Source: Cycas panzhihuaensis
Taxonomy: Eukaryota; Plantae; Cycadophyta
Assembly (NCBI GenBank): GCA_023213395.1
Contig: CM041465.1
Coordinates: 96,045,741 to 96,109,740 of the forward strand
Length of the DNA: 64,000 bases
Reading direction: 5' to 3'
The notes beneath the pieces were generated by a model. It saw nothing but the letters and a program-made list of their open reading frames with translations, searched no databases and was not told the DNA's origin. The position numbers were made by a program, and so were the translations under genes. Position 1 is the stretch's first letter; each line of letters starts with the position of its first letter. Below are positions 55,653-64,000 of this stretch, in pieces.

Positions 55653-58053
55653 GAGTTGAGTGGTATTTAGATAAGATGCAAGGAATAAAGAAGGAGGCAA
55701 GGTAGATAAAAATATAATTTTTGAATAAGAGATAATTAATATAGGTTGACTAACCCTTTTGGCTATAGGCTATATGTTTTAATAAGAGATAATTAATATA
55801 GGTTAACTAACTTATTTTGCTATAGGCTTTCTTAAGCCATTATGGATAATCTGATTGGAAGAACTTTTCTATAGCCAACTCTTCTAACCATATAGGGAGG
55901 GGTTTAGAGATGGAATGGATCATAGGATCAAGAATATTTAAATAATAAGGTAAGCATAATAGAGTATTAGCAATAATATTATCTTTTTCCTTCTTATAGG
56001 ATATGGTAAAGTCAAACACTTATAAGTAATTAATCCATTTATCTTATTCTTCTGATAGTACAAGCTCGACTAAAAGATGATAAAAACTATGGTGATTCAA
56101 AAGGATTATAAACTTGGACCCAAGAGGTATCGTTACCACTTGTCTATTACATAAAAATTTACTTTTATTTCCTTTCAACAGGTTGATAGTTGACATTCAT
56201 GATCTTTGAGTTTTTAGCTTTTAAAGACAATAGGACAAAAATTTTACACAAGGACTACTCCTAAGCTAAATCTCAAGGTATCACACTCAAGTTAAAAGGG
56301 TTGAGAAAAGTCTATAGTGATGGGGATAGGTGTTGAGTTCATAACTACTTTTAGTTAGTTAAAGACAACACTGGAATAAGTCTTTACATAAAAAGTTAGT
56401 GAGTGGTTAGCAAGAGAAGCATAGTTGCAAATAGAGTAATGGTAAAATCCTATAAGACTGAGAAAAGTCCAAAATTAGGTGAAATTTATAGTTATTGGCC
56501 AAGTGATGATAACTGAAATTTTATTCAAGTTTACTTATACACTAGTTTAAAAAATGATATGTCTTAAGTATTATAATTCAAATCTACTAAATTCATATTT
56601 TGAATGTTTAGCATACCATTGATGTTGGTGTAAGATTTAAAGAATAAATTCTAGATGAAGAGGATGGTGGGCTAAATAAAAATTATAAATAAGTATGTCA
56701 CCAAAGAAAATAATGACAAATTTTTGAAGGTAGGGAGTAAAACTTTTGTTCATTAAGACTTGGAAGGTAGTAAGGTTATTGAAATGGCCATGATGAGTTT
56801 GGAAAGTTATCTCATGGTGATCCTTAAGCGCAATAGGGATTTGATAATAACCTAGTTAAAGGTCTAATTTAGAAAGTATTGTAGCACCATGAATTTCATT
56901 AAGTATATCATCAATCTATGGCATGGGAAACTTATTTTTAATGGTGATCTTATCAAGTATATCATCAATATATGACATGGGGAACTTATTTCTTATGGTA
57001 AACTTATAGACCACATAAAGGCAAAAAGAGCCATCCTTTTTTTGGATAAGCATGATTGGTGTAACACAGAGGATTTTACTTGTTTGTATAATCCCTATAT
57101 CTATTATCTCTTTGGTGATCTTCTTAATCTCATTGTTTTAGAAGTAAGAATTTTTATAGCGCCTAAAGCTAATGGGGTTGTGAGAGGATTGGAGTTTAAT
57201 AGTATGATAGAAACCATAATTTGGAGGAGTAGTATTTAGGAGGGGGTAAAGACCTATTAGTATTTAGTGATAATGCCCTAAATATCTAGGTAAATATGAG
57301 GGTATTATTGGATGCTATTAATTCAAATTATATATCTGAGGTTGGTTTGCAAATATCTCTGCATTCAACTTAGGGATATAATCCAATTAGGAGGGTATTA
57401 GATCCCATGGAGATTATGTATCTTACCTATATTATCTTTGAATGATACAAAAGGGTTACTTAGAGAATTATTAGTGTTGTACATACCAAGGTTTATAGCC
57501 ACTAGATTATGATGATAACATCTAACCCTCCTATAAATATAACATAAAAATTAAAACCTAAGAGGTATGTACCTATTTAAACCTGTAAATTCTTAATGAT
57601 TATAGAATAATACAACTTTTAATGTTTAAGAAAGAAATAAGTGAAGCCTATTTTTATGACCATATATAAGTTAAGCTACCTAGAGAGTGAGCTATTAATA
57701 AAGTTTAATGACACACCACCATCAATTAAGATATGCATGGGGGTTTTATAGATTGTGCCTCTGACTCTTAGCAATTTTGAATAGGTAATGGAAGAAACAA
57801 TAGATAAAGATACCTTCAATTCAAAATTAAAGGAAGGTTTTATAGGTAGTTCTTCCTCATATTCTAGATTTGAAATTGAATCAAATTTTTCATTGAGTAA
57901 AAGGTTAAGTTCAATGGTAAAGGCCATACATCTAGCATTACAAATATAATCATGACTAGGAACCCACTTCTCTAAGCATTATATGTAAAGGCTTACTTCT
58001 CTACATTAGTACACTTCTATTAGAGGTATATGGATTATGTACAACAAACTTTC

Positions 58054-58495
58054 TATCAGTGGTTATGAAGAGAAAATATAATTGCAAAAATAATGTATTA
58101 ATAGAACTCTAAACAATGTAAAGAACAAATAACATAAATAAACCAAACATATAATAAAGAACACCAAGTAGATTCATGTCTAAGCATAGACCTTTTATTA
58201 ATCTAAGTGATAGCTAAAGAATTATAGATATGAAAACCCCAACTATCCTCATCGACTCATTAAGACTCATCCAACCTTTTTACATATATTCTTACATAAG
58301 AATATATAGATACAACTTTACAAGATACTATCTTATAGTTTTATAATACAATGGGTATAAACTATGGGTTGAAAAATACCCCCATAAGACAGGCAAAAAT
58401 TTTTCTTGGAGGCCAACCCCCCCTGTTAGGGGCCTTACAATAGGCCCCCAAATCCCATAAAGATGCTCAAGTGTAATGCTTATATCCATATAACA
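58054..58495. mobile_element. Probable solo LTR inserted in the gag of E
   Basis: Interrupts gag colinearity with G. Ends in AACA. Weak TSD CTTTC/CTTAT. Confidence 0.45.
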
Positions 58496-61400
58496 CTTAT
58501 AAAGTGTTTAATAGATCTAATAAGTTGTGCCTCATTTATTTGTTCTTATTAGTAGAAAAAATCTACTTGTTGGTCTTGCTAATACTAAGGGAAATTATGA
58601 TGAAAAGTCGTGGGCTATTCAAATTTAAGTTCAACTTCTATTATCTTAACTTTAGAGATGGCCTATATTAGACTTGATATCATGATTGTATCTAGGCATA
58701 TTTAAATGCACTCTTTAAGGTTAGTAATATATATTTTTTCTAGTGTCTGTTAATTTAGGAGTTGGCTAAACTAAGTCTACAGAGCTTAAAATTCCTTTAT
58801 ATATGTATTGACTAACATTATTTATTTTAACTATATGATCTAACCAAAAAATGAAAGGCTCTAAATATATTTATATATTTGAAAAAGCTTTTATAAAATT
58901 GTGTCTAAGTTTGATTGGATGAGCATTCTTTCCATCACCATTAGAACTAATGGTACATCTTACCATCTAGGTAAATTATAGCAAATATTAACTAATCATT
59001 GTTGGGCATAAAGTTGAGTAAGAAGTAGAAATCCAACTTATTGATCCAATTTTGAGTACTATCTTTATTTAAATTATGATCAAAAGTTGGTATATTAATC
59101 TTATGGTAGATTGGCTACTAATGTAGAGTAGGCCTTAGAATGTGAGGCTACAATATCAAACCTAGTATGTTTGAGGTATATGCCATATTAGTTACTAGTG
59201 TTTATAGGTGATTGGTAACCCTTACAAATTCCTTTAATAGGATTTCAATATTCTTGGATATATTATCTTATTTTTTTATCAAAAACATCTTACTTTATGT
59301 CAAAGTTATCCACTCAAGATATGTCTATGAATTAAGTCTTAAGTGCTTAGAGGCAGTTTACTTATGGTAGCACCATTGAGATACTCTATTATAATAGAAA
59401 GAAGGGGAATTTAAGATGAACTAGGAATAAGACAAAAGAAAGCTCATAATATAGAGAAAATGAAAATGATAGAAAGAGGGGTGAAAAGATGGGAAATATT
59501 GCAAATAGAAAAAAGGAAAAGGGAGGTAGGGATGTCTATAGCCTATTAGCCCATAAAAATACATAATAATTTTACCTAATACACTTAGATAAGTGTGAAA
59601 ATCTTGTTAAAATAGTGTAGGTGAGAATTAGGGGCAAACGTTTAGATTATAGGGCTTATGGGATGCCTATATACCATTTTTCCTTAAAAATGACAATTAA
59701 AATTAACCTAGGGGAAAATGATTAGTGCAACAGACTAATCATAATAATATGTATGATTGGATAATGGTAATTTATGAGCTATAGATTTTTTTTTTTTTTG
59801 GTCTTGAGTCTATTAGTGTAAGTTTCATTTAAATCAAAGAAGTTTTTTCTAAAGTAACCCTATGGACATCTTTTTATTTTTTCCTTTTCTTTTTAAATAA
59901 AGGTGGACATTGGATTAAAGGTTAGACTCAACTTGGTATTAGATTCATAAAACTATTTTGAAGGTTTGGATAGGAAGTATTCAAAATTTGGTGCTTGTAT
60001 TATAGGATTGTACTATTATTATATTGTAGGACTATGTTATTACTGTATTTTAGGATGGTGTTATTACTATATTTCAAGATTATACTATTTATTATATTAC
60101 ATGATTATTAATAGGAAGTAGAGTAATTTTAGTAATTTATATTTAGACATACACTAGTCTCAATAATTTTATATTATATTTGGAAGTATAATAATTTTAG
60201 TAATTTTATAAAGACCCTTAACACAGGGTCTCTACATAATAGTTAGGGGGTATAGGAAGGTAGGATCTTACTACTACTTGTAGTTTGTTATAGGATCTTC
60301 ACAAAATAATAGCAACATAAAATATGATAATGAAAATAGAAGAGGATTTTTAAAATTTCACTAAGAAAACATAAAATTTTAAATTTTACTCTCCTCCTCC
60401 CCATGTTCTGCTTCTTTAGGTGGATTTACATCTCTGCTATGATACCACTTGAAAGGATTCCATGGGTAATTTACATAATTTTTTTTACTAAGAGAATAAG
60501 AAAAATATAAAGTATGCAACCAATATATTTAATTATTGCATTAAGCACCAAAATTATATGAAAGGGGAAATTCACAATAATAGCAAATGATCACTAGATT
60601 CGTATAATAATTTAATATTATAAATGAAGTCAAGTCATAACCCTTCTTTATAAATATTTTGACTTAAATCGGTGAGAATGATCCTTTCTCATGAAATTAT
60701 ATTGACAAAAAAAATGACCCTTATTCTTATTGGAGGATATAAGTGGGCCATATACACAAATTTATAAGAAGCTCTATCCATCTTGTACCTTGGTCATATG
60801 AATTGATAACTTGATTCTACTAATTATAGGTAGTTTGCAATAGTTTATGCTTGTATAACAATTGGAATATAACACTAAATATTCCCCTTGCTCCTCCTTA
60901 ATCTTTAAATAAATTAGTATACCTTCAATGAATATAGTGACAAATTTATCTAGATATTCCCTAAACACATTGTTCATCAAATACATAAACGTTGCTAGTG
61001 TATTTGTCAAACTAAATGGAATTACTAAGAATTAATAATATATATATCTTATTCTAAAATCCATTTTGAAAATGTCCTCTTCTTGTATTTTGATCTAGTA
61101 ATATCTTAGCCACAAATTAATCTTAGTGAATAACTTAACACCTTTCATATGATCAAATAAATCTTTAATTTTGAGCAAGAGGTATTTATTTTTTTATTGT
61201 AGCCTTATTCAATTATATGTAACCTATACATAACCCTAAATTCATGTCCTTGTTATTAATGAATAGAAATAGGGCTTCCCAATGTGAGATAGTTATCCTA
61301 ATAAAGCCCTTATATATCTTATAGTTTCATCTTTAGCTCTACTAGCTCTAGTGTAGCCAAGTGATAGGACACCTTAAAGACAAGTTTTTCCCCTAGTACA

Positions 61401-64000
61401 AGTTTAACAGTGTAATCAATTTTTTATTTAGGGGTAACCTTGTTAAATTAATTTAAGAATATATCCTTGAACTCCTAGATTATTGGAAGGTCTTTAAGTT
61501 TGTATCCCTTCCATGTTTCTTCTTTATTCTCATGGTTTGCATAAGCTCAATAGCCCTTCCTTAGATACTTCTTCACTTATATAGAAAAAATCCATTACAT
61601 GCTTGTTAGGATCTTCTTCCCTTAGACAATTATGGGTTCTTCCTTATCATTTAAGCATTCAACCAATTTAGCATAATAATCTATTTTGGCATGGTATTCC
61701 TCTAGCCACTCCAATCCAATAATAATAACATAATCATGTAATGAAAGCTTTTGAAAAGTAGCACTTGTAGACTATGTTTTCCAATTTAAAGGATAAGAAG
61801 GTTTGGATTATGTTACCTTTATTTGTTATCATTTGTTATGTATGACATCCATTTGGTATTATGAGGATGCACCTTAAGTTTGCATTTGTCCACAATCCTT
61901 GGGTACAAAAAAATATGATTTCTTCTTGAATCAATTAATATGGTAAGATTATTTCTAGATATCTTACTAGCTACTTGAACCATAGTGAATTGTTGATCTG
62001 CCTACCTCCCTGTAATAGCTACATGAACATATATATGTCCTAATTATTAGGATTTATCAACTACCATCCATTATAACTCTATAATATAGGTTTATCCTCC
62101 CATTCCTATCTTTTATGACAAATTCATGGTATAATATTCCTACTCATTACATATGAAACACATAATTTCTCCCAAGTTTATTGAGATATTACCTTATGAT
62201 AAATTAGATTTTGGGTTGCCCTAGGAATGATTATAAATCTTATCTCCTTGCCTAAATTTTAGAGGCCTAAAACTCCTTCTCAATGGCCTAGTTTTGCTTG
62301 TTGTGTACCCTTTTAGCTAATTTTCCTATCCTATAAATCTTAACCATTAGTTTTCACATCACTTGGCCTTACCGATTACCTCTAATAGGGTTTTGGATTC
62401 AAGTATCTTAATCATATTTTGGATTTTTTTATTCAACTCACTAAAATCCTTATGAATTCTCACTTTCTCTTATTAAATATATGGTACATACTAGAGTAAT
62501 TCCATAAACTCTCTCTCACATTCATCTATTGACTCCTTCTTTACTTTAATTCATGAAAGGCCTTTATTTTCTTATCATAGTACTACTTAAAGAGAAATTT
62601 CTATTTAAAATACATTATGATTTTTATCCATATTATGTTTATTTCTTAAAATTTCTATTTACATATTTCCTTTATACCTCAAGAACTCCTCTATTTTTAT
62701 TTCTTTAGGGTTAATGTCTTCTTAATCCTAATAGGTTATTTATGTGTCATACCTTAGTCTCTCCATCCTCTATCTAAAATAATTAGCTTGATGTTCCTAT
62801 ACTTGCAGTTTAACTTGGCAACCTATTAAGCTACTAGTTTGTGAAGCCCTAATAATAATCCCTCAATACATAAACAAATGGAATCCTATCAATACTTTGT
62901 TATTACTATAACTCATAAGACCCTAGCAGTAACCTCTTAATATTATAATTTTTAAATTTTAAAAAGTAACTCATTAATATTATAATTTCTAAATTTTGGA
63001 TAGTAACTTGTCAATATCATAATTTTTTAAATATGGGCAACAATATTTCAATGTCATAAGTTATGAAACTCTTGTATCATTCTATCAATTATTATAATTT
63101 GTGAAAACTTAGCAACAACTGGTCTAGTTTTAGTCTTAGTAATTTTGTCAAATTCTTAGTAGGTTTCTAGCCTTAATGCTAGAAAATCTAATAAACCCTC
63201 TAATAGTTAAATAAATTCTAAGCCTACAAGCTTTAAATTAAGTTTTGAACCAAACCTTGATGGATCCTTTACAAGCTTCTAAAGTTGAAACCCCCTTATT
63301 AATTTCTTTGCTAGTATATACACTTTGATTTTGGCCACTCTAATAAACTCTTAGTAGCTTTCAAGCTTAATTACTCTAATGAATTTGACTTCTTTCAACT
63401 TGACTATTCTGATATGATTTATTCTTTTTGTAAGCTTCCAAACTTAGATATGATACCACAACTATCACAACTCTTCTATGCATACAAAGCTCATGACAAA
63501 TACCATGATGGAAACCTAACTTAGTTACTCAATAAGGAAAGTACCAAGTTGCCCAAAACTTGAATTTGTGAAAGCTTAGATTAAATATTACAATTTTAAT
63601 AGAAACACATATCCATTAGATGTGAAAAACTCAAGTGAATAGGGATTCTTATGTATTTGAAATAGATTTTCTTCTATCCATCATAATATAAATAATAAAA
63701 CACAAGAGAACATAGGTTTACATTCTTCAAATAGGATAAAATAAAAGAGATAAATTAAGGGGAAGATCTAATTATATTATTATAAAGAGATTCATTGCCT
63801 AACTAATCACAATCCTAAAGAGGAAAGTGCCCCCAAGCTAGAGCACATGATATGAGAATTAGACTACTAGTGATTCACTCTTTACTCAAGCCCCAAATAT
63901 CCCTTTTTAAAAGTCCTCTTTAAAAATATTTTTACCATTAGTTACTATTATAATATTTACACTCACTATTATAATATCTTGTACCTTTACACTCTTCTTA

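Larger units (their letters stand above)
43046..60842 (-). mobile_element. Element E: chromovirus Gypsy related to G, inserted in the RT of H
   Basis: LTRs 43046-~43425 and 60450-60842. TSD GTTTG/GTTTA. PBS (rc) 60436-60447. Integrase ~48990-50030, RH/RT ~55900-57150, protease ILIDGGVSLNFI ~57700. Leader similar to 7060-7140. Confidence 0.9.
32072..64000 (-). mobile_element. Element H: Tekay/Del-like Ty3/Gypsy with ~3-kb LTRs, hosting B and E
   Basis: 63463-64000 aligns with 32072-32600 (LTR pair). PBS (rc) at 63447-63458. PPT (rc) 40916-40925. Chromodomain ~40960-41060 (VKV.WKHL..E.ST.E), integrase/RNase H ~41100-42900, RT split at 43045/60843, protease and gag ~61600-62900. Confidence 0.85.

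Noticed and set aside
55720-56995. Short tandem duplications (~58 bp at 55720-55830, ~55 bp at 56900-56995; also 27 bp at 27646-27697)
   Set aside because: Ordinary post-insertion slippage or repair duplications in dead elements.

Overview
AT-rich, CpG-depleted plant DNA (probably a large-genome seed plant; this is inference) made almost entirely of nested, decayed retrotransposons. I found no intact host gene, RNA gene or CRISPR array. Left part: a Copia-derived element D (566-22946) contains element C (1179-5169) and a composite chromovirus Gypsy G (6505-~21770), and G contains element A (13034-19886). Middle: an interrupted L1 LINE (~23240-29770). Right part: a minus-strand Tekay/Del-like Gypsy H (32072 to beyond 64000) carries element B (32847-38610) in its LTR and chromovirus E (43046-60842) in its RT; E contains a Copia F (50035-55652) and further inserts. 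The main discovery candidate is the non-autonomous LTR family represented by A and B. Both have the layout LTR - tandem array of [LTR end + tRNAi-Met PBS] cassettes - AGATCT repeats - VARIABLE antisense cassette of host-gene fragments - conserved ~1.1 kb non-coding module - short Gag-like ORF - PPT - LTR. The cassette holds a Pumilio fragment in A and CFIm25 + MORN-protein fragments in B. Tandem att/PBS arrays occur in four elements (A, B, C, D), and the 3' LTR ends show priming from array unit 1 (A), unit 2 (B, D) or unit 3 (C). All homologies were recognised by eye; no search was run.
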